NCBI RefSeq assembly: GCF_964355755.1
Contig: NC_092678.1
Span: 24,755,365-24,819,364, forward strand
Direction: 5' to 3'
DNA from: Antedon mediterranea
Lineage: Eukaryota; Animalia; Echinodermata
DNA length: 64,000 nt
Positions 1 to 11,962 of the stretch are shown here, piece by piece. The position numbers and the translations under genes are program-made. Under the pieces are notes generated by a model. The model made no database searches. It was not told the origin of the DNA and saw nothing but the letters and a program-made list of their open reading frames with translations. Each line of letters starts with the position of its first letter. Position 1 is the stretch's first letter.

Positions 1-345
1 ATACAATTTTGTGTAATTTTTCATGCAATAATAGTTTAATACAGTATGTATGTACGTAAATGTGTAGCAATTCTCGAGCGTTTAGATTAGTGCGCCCTCT
101 ATTGTACAAAATGCCTGAATTCATTTATATGGCGGCCCTGCTATCACGGTGCGATAATAAGAGTGGGCTAGTAAAATAATGTATGGGCTAGTGAAATTTA
201 CAGTGAACTAGCCCAGTGGGCTAGCAACATGAAAAAGATAAATCGAGCCCTGCATGTCCATTCTATTTTTTTTTTAAACATAATGATATTAGTAACATTA
301 CAATTAGATACATGTTCCGATTTCTATTGTCTCTATATCTTGCAG

Positions 346-1044
346 GAACTATGTCGACATTCAACCTCAGTTTTTGACCTAGATATTTTCGAATCACCGT
401 TTATAGAAAAAAAAAATTGCAGAAACTTAAAATCAATGGTAAGTTGAATTTTATAAAATATAGTTTACAATTTGTTTTTTTTTTCTTAAAAATGTTGTTC
501 CACAGCAATTTAGCAAGTTGTTTTAATCAACATGATTAATTGCAAACCCTCCAATACTAGTGCAAAGGCCATTAAAACTGCCAACATTTTCAGTGGCAAA
601 TATAGCACCCTCTATTTAATAATCAGCGAATCATGTTCCTGTGCTACCGACCATAACATAGGCGTAGAATAACTTGTGTTATTAATATATATATATATAG
701 TAACTTATATAATAACATAGGTCTATGTTATTGTTTCTTTTAAAATTTGGTTAATTTTTTTCTGAACATATGTATGGATGCATAAGAAATAACCATGTAT
801 GAGCAACGAGGCCTAAACTACATGCCCTCATGTTTCGGAATTGCCAGATGTAGAATTTCTACAATATTTATTTTTTTATAAAATTTAATTCTTTGTGAAT
901 AATATTGCTGCATTGCAGATTCACAACATTTTAAAGTAATTTGGGAAACATAATTTAGAATTATTTTCCTCTATATTTTTGCAGAAACCAGCTAAGGAAT
1001 AGATGAAAATACAACTAAGTTAGCTGTTGCAGCTACACATGAAG
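346..1044 (+). other. Candidate exons (346-438, 985-1044) of a plus-strand transcript entering from the left
   Basis: TTGCAG...GTAAGT and TTTGCAG...GTAATG boundaries. The joined frame ELCRHSTSVFDL...KSM-KPAKE-stop has no recognisable homology. Confidence 0.3.
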
Positions 1045-1160
1045 GTAATGTATGGTTCAATGGTTTTCAGTGCAAAATACAATCGTCATAGCATCATTGC
1101 TTAGAATATTGCCAGGGTGTTACAAGGGTTGTTAAAAAATATTTCAATTTATTGCACTAT

Positions 1161-1592
1161 AGGACAACTACCCCCTTAGGATAACTACCCCCGGTCAACT
1201 ACCCCCGGACAACCACCCCCTCCCTTAGGACCCCAATCCAAAAGTAGACAAATATATAGGACCGGTTTCTGTAAAAATGAAATCATCTGTTTTTAACGGG
1301 TGTTTCGAAACTAGAGACCCGAGACCAGAGACCTGACACGAGACCCAATACGAAAAGGGAGACCTTTATTTGGGTCTCCCTTTTCGTATATTAGTTGTCC
1401 GCAGGGTAATTACCCCAGGGGGGGGGGGGGGGGTAATTGTTCCTAGGGGGTAATTGTCCAGGGGGTAGTTGTCCTAAGGGGGTTGTTGTCCTAAGGGGGT
1501 AGTTGTCCAGGTGGTGGTTGTCCGGGGGGTAGTTTTCCGGGGGATAAATGTCCAGGGGGTAAATATCCGGATACGGGCAAATATCCGGATAC
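1161..1592. mobile_element. Foldback/MITE-like element with inverted arrays of GGACAACTACCCC
   Basis: Direct copies at 1162-1220 and reverse-complement copies (GGGGTAGTTGTCC) at 1392-1560; internal hairpin ATACGAAAAGGGAGACC/GGTCTCCCTTTTCGTAT at ~1348-1389. Confidence 0.65.
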
Positions 1593-2884
1593 GGTCCTAC
1601 AGTAGCTGGTCTATCCATGATGGTGTGGTACCATTAGGTCTGCGAAACTTGATAATTATGCTGGACAACAATTATCTCTAAAATTTTACTAGTAAACTAC
1701 TACAGTATACTCAGTTATTTTGACTCACCGTCTGTATGTGTCATTGCTGGAATCAACTGCAGACAAGCTTCTAAGTAAGCCTAGACTTTAGTCAGCTCCA
1801 GCTCAGTTAACTATAGCCTCGCTCAATGCAGGCTTGAGTCAGCTCCTGTAAAACATTGTACTATAGGCTTCTCCATGCTTTCCACAACAAGCCACACATG
1901 CCAAATGAACTAACAATTTGCTCAAGCATGCAAAGTTCTAATTTACATACAATTTGTATAAAACATCTGGTGATGCAAGCATGGCTATACTTTAAATACT
2001 TTATTGCTGACACTAAATTGAAATTAGGTGTGAAAAAACAAAGTAAAAAAAAAGGAGCAGAAAAACAAAATTATCTAATATTTCACTAAATTATTATTTT
2101 TTTTATATCTTTCAGTTGAAACAGAAATGGAAACTTGGTTTCATATCCTTTGAAGTGAAAGATACATTTTCGCGATCATGTATCAAAAATGTCGCCAGAA
2201 TATAGCTTTCTTTGACCGAGTTTACACACTTCATATAACAGGTGAAAATCCCTGTACTTTAGTACAGGGATTTTCACTGTATATTATATACTGTATTATT
2301 ATTATCATCCGCGATCCAGCTGCTCGGTTCAACCATGGAGGTATAAATACATGGTTCAAGTGTCATTATATTTGTAATATAGTCCCAACCTCAATAAAGT
2401 CTTAATCCCTGTTATTTTTTCACTTTATTTAAGTTATAGTATAGGCATATCTTTAGTGATAGGCATAAGAATTTCAGCATTGCATCAATTTTGCATTTAT
2501 TTTTCAAAACTGTTCATTATGATTGTATTTTTGTATTTTTATTAGAATGGTAGGCATATATATATGTAGGCTTTATTTTATCATCTGATTTCACATTTAT
2601 TATTTTTTTATGCTTTAATCCTGTAGGCATTCATACTATATTTTATCTTATTTCACATTTTATTATTTTCTAAATAATCTAGAAACTGTTTAATCTTGTT
2701 AGCATAATATACTTTTAAGATATTCCTACGATTTTAGTTAAAGTTAGTGGTAGGCGTATTGTTTTTAATTACGGTAGAGTGATAGGCGTATTTGTAAAGG
2801 TAAGTTGTTTAAACGTTACTGTTACTGGCAGCCAGAAAGAAGGCTAAGATACAGGTATGTGGATTGATTACTTTTTCTTCCATT

Positions 2885-3380
2885 GGACGCCCTCTACTGC
2901 TAGTTTAAAAAGCGCTCTCATTTGATCTTTGAAAAAAAATTAGTGCAGTACTACTATCTTTGTGTTAAATGAGGGCGTTCTATATCAAGTGCGCCCTCTA
3001 TATTGTGATTGGTAAAAGGGCGCCCTCATGTATTAGAAAGTGGCTTTGCAAGGGGCTCCTACGCCGATTTTTTTTTAAGATTGTGTTTTTATATTTCATA
3101 GGGCGCCCTCTGTATTGTTGTTTGCATAGAGAGCACCCTCATCTGGTTAAAAATTAGTTTGTAAAGAACCCTACGCCGATTTTTTTTTTTTTTAGAATTA
3201 TGAGGGCGTTTTTTATTCGTTGTGCGCCCTCTATATTGTTATTTGTGTGGAGAGCGCCCTCATCTGATTAAAACTGGCCTCTGTAAGGGACCTCTACGTC
3301 AATTTTTTTATTTGATGAGGGCGCCCTTCTAGCAACTAGCTGCAATATAGAGGGCGGTTTTTAAAGGGCGCCCTCTGGCG
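2885..3380. repeat. Dispersed repeat rich in GGGCGCCCTCT/GAGGGCG motifs with a ~230-bp internal duplication
   Basis: About a dozen GCGCCCTC/GAGGGCG motifs in both orientations; 2969-3070 resembles 3200-3305. Confidence 0.55.
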
Positions 3381-4748
3381 GTTGGAGGTCAGTCACTTAA
3401 TAAAAGATAAACCAATATACGTAGTGTGTTGGTGTTTATTTGTTCGAGCCAAAAAAAAAAAAAATGCACCTCTCTGCCACACCCTCTATGTGCCCCACTA
3501 CGCCAATGGCTTAACCCACTCAACTACACAGTAAATATGTCACATCAGTCACAATCGCCAAGCAGCAAGAGTGCTCTAAGACATCTAGAAAGTCATACGA
3601 CACAAGTTTCAATCGAACATGATTAAAGTTCAATATAAACTACAGAGAGACCAAACACAAGTGAGAACCCAATACTCCAATGCAGGGACGCTGACACATG
3701 AGGGAATCGCCCTGGGCACACCGGACATTCTCAGGAGTGGAGTTATATGCTATTTGAGCATAGGAATTAATAGTTGAATATAATGTTTATATTAAAATTT
3801 TGATATTAAAAAAATATATTTAAAAAACATGAATAGAGACATGATTAATAAAAGAATTTTGACATTAAAAAATCTATGAATAATAAAGAAATTTGACCAA
3901 TTTTGATATACATTCAACTATATTATTTTAAACATAAAAAGAAGGTTACATTGCATATTAATATTTACAGTTCAAAAGGTAAGAGGTCCTAAGACTAAAT
4001 TCCCAAAACATCAAACTAGACGCATTTATGTTGAACGAAGCTCGTCATAGCTTCGCACGACACAAACGCACCCATTCTTTTGTTGTGAAAATAAAGCCAA
4101 ACTGGTGTCAGAAAATTGGACAATAATTTTGATACTTTATTATTAGCTCAAGAAAACAAATTGTGCAGTACATAAATTTGGATTAAATAATTTAATAAGG
4201 TTAACTCTCTGGTAATACCAAACCTAACGACTTGTTCGTTTTCAGGACAGCACAGTGTAATTGTTATACTGCTTGACTCATTACCCTTCAGATATGGTAC
4301 CAACTATGTATGTTCTGTTCACTGTATAAATTAAGTATGTATGTATGTATAAACTCAACCAAAACAAAACTTTGAAGTTAAACTTAATTTTAAATGCTAT
4401 GTAATTAAATCATGTACACATTAAGTCAAGTACACTAAGTCTAAATAATTAAATTATATTAATTAAATTAGTAAAATAGCTTTATATCAATTGTTTACAA
4501 AGACAATGAATTTTAAAGGAATATTAAAAGTAAAATTGTATATATATACTTCATTGTACACACAACTACTAAGTTTAGTGTTAAAATTATAAATTATTTT
4601 AATATATTAAATGTTATTACAGTACTATTAATTTACTAAGTTTTACATTTAAATATATTTATATAATTTACCAATTAAAAACGATTGGGAAATATTACAA
4701 TTAGGTAACTTGCAAAATATACTTATTTATTAGTAAACAAAATTAAAT

Positions 4749-6385
4749 GTGACCCGATCTGGCAAAACCCTCTCTTTGTCGGCAATTCAAAATTCACGTA
4801 ATCAGTCAAAATACGTCCAAATCGACTACCCTGGCAGATTACATGTTTTTGCATTTTCGAAATATTTCACTATCTAAGAATACGTCTACCTTATTTAAAC
4901 TCCCGAAATTTAACTAAAATTATGAAAAAAGAGAGTTTTAAAAACATGTATTTTCCTCAAGCCTAACAATTTATTCACGATCTACGCTAAAATTGTGCGT
5001 AAATTCAGTTGAAAGTTGCCGAGTTTTACGACATTTTGATCGCCAGTTCGCTGCACAATGTTGAAAGGTCACACATCAAAATAAAGCTCATCCATTTGAC
5101 ATTCCAAATATGGAAGTTTTAGGGCGGAGTTTAAAGAAGGAACCAATGAAAACTTTGATTTACTATGACATCATTTCAGAAAATTCGGTTCTTCGAAGTT
5201 TCTGGAACAGCGAACTGCGTGTGTTGCTATGGCGCATCATCGCAATAACAAACGTTATTGGTCAACGCGCTAGATGTTATACGCTCTACGCGCGGAAATA
5301 AAAAGTTGTTTACATTTTTGTGAGGTTATTTTTATTGTACACACAGCATGTCGTAAATTGGAATAAAAACGATTTTAATATTCAAAGTAAAGTGTTCTGC
5401 AATAGCTGTAGTGTGTATTTGTTTATTCCATAGTAAAATAGACAAGTCAAAAACAATTCACGTCATAAATTCAATTGTATTTTCTATATTTTTTTGGGCT
5501 AGTAGGCCCTAGGCCTAATTTTATTATGTTGTAGGCCTACTACTACTACCGGGCCTAGCTTTATATTATTGTCAATAGTTTTATTTATACATTTTATATA
5601 TCCAATCGGCTCTTAATCATTTATTTAATTTATTGTCCATTCCTTTCATATTAAATGTTTTTTTAAATCATTGGATTCAAGCCCAAACATCAAAGCGAAT
5701 CTTCCACGTTATAAAAAAAAAACAAATGTAATCGTCAATACAGTGTAATGTTAGCTTGCAGTTAGCTGTGACTCTGCAAGGCGCCTAACTTGTCTAGACT
5801 AACGCTAGCCCCCGTGTCGATGCACCGCTGCCATACACGGCCTGATGAACATCATCAGTAGGTCTTAATACAGGCGATGACGGCGAAAATCTGAATAGGC
5901 GCGCCTAGGCCTAGGCCTGCTTGGTTTTTTGCCGTTGATATCGTAAACACTTCCGAAACCAGTTAACATTAGCTTGGTAGTTATAATGCTGCTTTTCAAT
6001 AGGGCAAAATAGTTAATTCGAGTGACTAAATAGGTTAAAACGGCGTCTGAAATCAGTCAAATTGACCATAGTGTCCACGCTGCTGCTATATCGCACACAC
6101 TTCCTGGTATGACGTCATTGTGCCTTAGACCAAAATAGCGCGTTGCTACGGAGTGAGTTTTCAGCGCGTATCAAAAAGAATTTCATTGCAAACTTCAAAC
6201 GCGATTTTCTCGTAAACTAATTGAATGATTTGTAAGTTTTTAAAATATAATAACTTTTTAAATATTTACTCAATTTTTATGAAATAAACACCATTGCAAA
6301 GCTTATGATTCAAATAATCCAAATATATAAAAAAATACAAAATGAATATTTCCGACAAAAGTAGGGTTTTGCCAGATCGGGTCAC
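4749..6385. mobile_element. Non-autonomous DNA transposon (1.64 kb) with TIRs and a 4-bp AAAT target duplication; Sola1-like
   Basis: Left end GTGACCCGATCTGGCAAAACCCT-ctctttgtcgg, right end ccgacaaaagt-AGGGTTTTGCCAGATCGGGTCAC; AAAT at 4745-4748 and 6386-6389; no transposase ORF. Confidence 0.8.
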
Positions 6386-6392
6386 AAATAGA

Positions 6393-6606
6393 CGTAAAGT
6401 TTTTATTACTTATATTTTACGTTTTATTAAGATATTTGAAATGTAGTTATTAAATAAAATTATGCATATACGTAAAGTTTTTATTACTTATATTTTACGT
6501 TTTATTAAGATATTTGAAATGTAGTTATTAAATAAAATTATGCATATACGTAAAGTTTTTATTACTTATATTTTACCTTTTATTAAGATATTTTAAATGA
6601 AGTTAT
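6393..6606. repeat. 78-bp AT-rich tandem repeat, ~2.7 copies
   Basis: CGTAAAGTTTTTATTACTT starts at 6393, 6471 and 6549. Confidence 0.9.
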
Positions 6607-7198
6607 AGTACATCAGGAGGATTAGGTTAGGAGTATGCCGATAGGTTAGACAACCACATACAACAGCATTGCTTAAAATTCTCATTAATATTAATAAATA
6701 TCAATACAATATTAGAAGACTTCTATTTAAATACCTAACATTAAAAATACATCTAAATTTATTTAGTTATTAAATTGAACTAGCAAAACATTACCTAGCT
6801 TGAGTTTACATTTTCGGGCTTTTCCTAATTAAATCTTCAATTAAATTCAAGGAAAATAAAATCTGTAATAATATATTTCTTTAACATTACTTAAATATAA
6901 TAGCATTTTAACTATTTCTAGCTACAGTAATTTATTATTATTGTTTGTTTTGGTAGAAAATACATTTGAATGATGAATGATGTTTTACAAAATATTCAAT
7001 AAATTATTTATATTTAAATGTTTAATTACATTAATGGCTTCTCCTTAAATTTGTTTGACCAAAATAAATTAAAATATGCATTTATGAGTTTAAGTTAAAT
7101 ATTTATAAAATTGTTTTTATTATATTTGCAACAAAAAATGTTACATTTATTTAATCCTTAGTTTAAGTTAATAAAGAGATAAACTTAAATTGCTCATT

Positions 7199-7898
7199 CT
7201 TACAGGCACCTAAGGTTTAAATTTCCCATTACATGCAGCTAAGGTTTAAATTTCTCCTTACATGCAGCTAAGGTTTAAATTTCCCCTTACATGCAGCTAA
7301 GGTTTAAATTTCTCCTTACATGCAGCTAAGGTTTAAATTTCCTCTTTAAGGCAGCTAAGTTTTAAATTTCCCCTTACAGGCAGCTAAGTTTTAAGATTCC
7401 CCTTACATGCAGCTACGTATTTAATTCCCTTTACATACACCTAAGTTTTAAATTTCCCCTTACATACACCTAAGTTTTAAATTTCCCCTTACAGACACCT
7501 AAGTTTTAAATTTCCCCTTACAGACACCTAAGTTTTAAATTTCCCCTTACAGACACCTAAGTTTTAAATTTCCCCTTACAGACACCTAAGTTTTAAATTT
7601 CCCCTTACAGACACCTAAGTTTTAAATTTCCCCTTATAGGCACCTAAGTTTTAAATTGCCCCTTATAGGCACCCAAGTTTATTGCCCCTTATAGGCACCT
7701 AAGTTTTAATTGACCCTTATAAGCAGCTAAGTTTTAAATTTCCCCTTACAGGCACCTAAGTTTTAAATTTCCCCTTATAGGTAGCTAAATTTAATTGCCC
7801 CTTCAGGCAGCTAAATTTCCTCTTATATGCAGCTAAGTTTTAAATTGCACCTTACATGCAGTTAAGTTTTAAATTCCTCCTTATAGGCAGCTCAGTTT
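7199..7898. repeat. 29-bp minisatellite, ~24 copies
   Basis: Unit CACCTAAGTTTTAAATTTCCCCTTACAGA, with GCAGCTAAG variants. Confidence 0.92.
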
Positions 7899-10139
7899 TG
7901 AATGAAATTTTTATATTTTAAACAGTAATTTTAATCATTTTGTGTTGCAAATACAACATTTTTATATTTTTGTATTGTGTGTAATGTGTGAATTGTTGGT
8001 ATGAACTTTAAATTTAAAAACAGAAATATAGCTAAATTATATTATTGTTAATTAAATTGGTACCATATCTTGGGGATAAATATATCAAGCACACTTTGAG
8101 AATAGTATCGTATAACTTCCTGCCTGCTTACTTAGCCAGATCAAAGAGGAATGTATCACACAAAGTTTGTCTAACCACCAAAAGTTCAAACATTTTTTTC
8201 GGTACATGCACGCAAAGTCTTTTGAGTTATTAAATTATTCAAATTGGAAATAGAACCTGAAGACATACTGAAACCAGTTTATTAAGTTATTTACTCCTGA
8301 TTTGTCTAGTTTCAAAACCCATACACTGATGATGGTGCCACCGCCACAATGCCAACACCACAAAGGACTGTAAAGGACTCTCACAAGCATTTGGTCAAAA
8401 TGTAGTTTACATAGAACATGAAACAAGTATCAAAAACCTCCATAGAAAATCTCAAAGTAAACTCACCAATTAGCAGGAGCAACGAACACGACCCAAGGAA
8501 GCATCCACCATGCAGCCAAGCAGGCCGACACCCATCGGTGTAGTGGGGCACACAGGGGGTGTGCAGAGAGGTGCATTTTTTTTTGTACAATGTTTAGAGT
8601 TTGGAAAAAATCTGAAATTAAATACATCATAAATAAATATATAATATAAAAATACACAGTGAAGTGGAATTCAATTTTATACTTATGTCAGGATAAACCT
8701 AAATAATGTAAAATTTTGAATTTTATTTTAAATGCAATTAGATACAAAATTGTGTAATAAAAACCAAAACAAATTTTTACAAATAATTGGAGTTGCTAAA
8801 ATAATAATAATAACAAATAATTGGATTTGCTAAAACAAAATTTAGCCTTTCAATTTATATTTAGTTTTAAATATACCAGATTATAAAATGATATAAATAT
8901 AAATAAATGGTATATATTTCGGAAAACCAAATTGCCAAAATTTTTTAAATCATAATTTTCAGAAATCACAATTTAGTCAATTTTATTAAAATTTAAACAA
9001 ATAGCCAAACAAATATTGTTTTTCATTAAGTTCCATTCCACTTCACTTAACAATTCTACAATGGCAATTATACAGGTAAATGTTTGTTGATCTTGAAATT
9101 TCCGGCCGATCCAAGTCTTCTTTGATTGGTAGAAGTGAATCTCTAAAAAAGATACAATAATACACAATAGTAATTAGTTATTCAGTGTTAGATTGTTTTA
9201 AAAGAATTTCATATATTCATATTATATTCATTAATTTTCCAGAAAACATAACGCATAAAAAACAAGTATAAACGGTTAACAATACAAAAAAAAAGATATC
9301 ATTCTGGCGGATTGTGAAAATATCGCTGTAAACATAATATGTCCATTTATGCTACCATTTCTCTACTGTTATGAACTCAATGAAGCAAACAGGAGTGGTT
9401 GGGCTTGTCTACTTTGCTTGATAAATCAAATCTTGTTTGTAATATTACTGAATAACATTACACTATACTTATAATAGATTTATAAAGCACAAAGAAGACC
9501 AAAGTGCTGTACAATTTCAATACGATAATTAAAGGAGTATACAAGTTCAACTAGAACATTTAAATTATTCCTTAGAGAAAAGAAAACTTTTTAAAAATGT
9601 CTTAAAACATTAATAGATATATATTTCCGTCTTAGGTCCAATGAAAATGATTCATCATCCTGCGGAGAACCATGTTTGATTCTAGTTGCACATTCATAAA
9701 TTATAAAATTTAAAATTGAATACTGCAGACATACCCTTTAAACATCTTTACATAATGCAGCAGCTCTCTCCGACATCATTAGTGTGTGTGGTACCTTCCC
9801 ATTGGTTCAATTCCAAGTGATCAACAAACACAGTTAAAAACAACTTTAAATATACATATTAAAATAGATGCCCCACACCCTCATTTTATATGCAAGTTAC
9901 CATACTTACTGTCAATACACAGAATTTATACAGTGCTTTTTGCAGAAAACTTTTGGGAATGACACATGTTACGATTATAGTAAATTTTTGTGAGATGTAG
10001 GAAACGCATGGAAAAAACCATGCATATACCAAAGGCGCAATTCTAAGAAAGTGCTTACAAAAAGAAGGTGGTTACTAAAGTGCGCACTCACTCAAACGAT
10101 AGCTTATTCAAGCAAGTACGGTACTTGTAAAAGTTGTAC

Positions 10140-11450
10140 AAAGAAGAAAATAAACTCATCAGCACAAACAAATAACTAAATTTAAATAAATTTTAAGTTA
10201 GAGAATTAATCTAATAAATATTAATTTTAAATGATTTCTTTTGATACCATGTAAAACAAAACAGAAAATCTAAAAAATAATGGTACCAGGGCTTAACTGT
10301 GACATCCACAGATGTAAATACATTCTGCGGGGTACATACAAATTAAATTTATATTTAAAAAATTGCTAAATGGCCTTTTATTTTAAAGAAATAATAATAC
10401 AGTTATTTTGTCAGATGCTAATGAGTGTACACAATTTGAACTCTAAACATTGCACCAAGGACCAAAGCAAGAGTAAACAGAACCCTGTTAGCAAACATAA
10501 TTTTCCTATTTGTTTTTTTTTTTTTTTATATTTACGATACCATTTACCAAAAAAAAGGAAAAATTTAAAATTAAAATAAATAATGGTATCAAGGATTCTA
10601 TTACAATTTTGATACATACAGTAATTCCTTTGCAATAAATTTATTTTTACAAATAAAAAAACGAAAATAGATAAAACATAAATAATGGTATCTGAGATTA
10701 CCCTCAAAAGTGAATACATTCTGAGAGAATTTAGAATTAAATTTGAGGTGATATTGAGCAAATAAGTTGGCAAAAATAAACACCGAAATTATCATAAAAT
10801 TCCACTTATTTTGATCATTGCTAATGTTGGGTTCTGACTTACAATTGCACCCAAGAGAAAAAAGAACCTCATCAGCAAAAACAAATCTTGATATTAAAAT
10901 AAATTACTTTAGGTCAAATTTGTTAGCAATGTTTGCTACAAACATATTAAATTTTGATTTATTTTAATACCATGAAAACCAAAAATAGAGAAAAATTAAA
11001 TCAATCATGGTACAGTATAAGGGATCACACTCTGCGTTATGAGAAAAGTAAACCCCAATGAAATTAATAACAATTAGTTATATTTTTAGGAAATTTGAAA
11101 CATATTATTTTTTTTTATTATAAGAAAAATAATATATAGAATTTTTGATTTAGATTTTTATACTTAGAAATTGTTCATTGCTAATGAGGATTTGCTAATG
11201 CACACTACAAGAGAAAGAACCTCACCAGCAAAAACAAATCATTTTAAATTAAACAATTACTGTATTAAATGTGATCTGAAATGAATGTATAATTTGATAC
11301 CATGTAAAAGAAAAATAGAGAAATTTAGTTCAAATCATGATATCAAGGAACCCCTAGATAGGGTGAAATTTGAAATGTATTTGTAAAAATTTCCCAAATC
11401 ATTTAAAAACATTACACTTACTTGTTCATTGCTAGTGAGGATTTGCTAAT
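10140..11450 (-). repeat. Degenerate ~350-bp tandem repeat (~4 units), each with two conserved stem-loops
   Basis: Stem A TTGCTAATGAGG...CCTCA(T/C)CAGCAA at 10416-10493, 10818-10878 and 11178-11231. Stem B TTGATACCATG...CATG(G/A)TATCAA at 10241-10289, 10536-10590, 10968-11012 and 11294-11346. Confidence 0.7.
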
Positions 11451-11962
11451 TTATAGTTGTATTTAAAATGTATACGGTTTATTTTATTTTAATTATTTAT
11501 TTATAATTTATGTCTTAAAAAATATAACACAAAAATAACAAAATAAATAAAGCTGTCCATCTTGTGTAAGCTGAAAAAGAAAAAAAGAAAATCATAAAAT
11601 GAAAGACAAGATTGTGCTTTATTTTATCTTTACAAATTATATTTATTTTAATTTAATTTTTATTGTTACAGCTTCGGCTAGATGGACCACCCTCGTAAAA
11701 TATTGTTTAAATAAATAAAATAAATCTTGTTTGTGTCCTCTATAGGAATGATGCTGTTGCCTCATTGGATTCACTTGGTGTGAATAAAATTCTGAAGTTG
11801 ACCACTATAAGCTTTAATGGGATTTTTGCTGTCATGAATTCTATTACACATTAAATGTGTGTATATTTATAACAAACCAAATGATATACATGTATATTTA
11901 TACCTTGATTAAATGTGTATTTATTTATAATCAGAAACAAGTTAACAAGTTATTTTAAATAC

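Noticed and set aside
1391-1618. 75-aa Pro-rich ORF
   Set aside because: It is a translation of the GGACAACTACCCC repeat array
10150-10880. Box C/D snoRNAs or SECIS elements as the explanation of the hairpin array
   Set aside because: TGATGA is present in only two copies, with no properly placed CTGA; no consistent AUGA/GA quartet was seen
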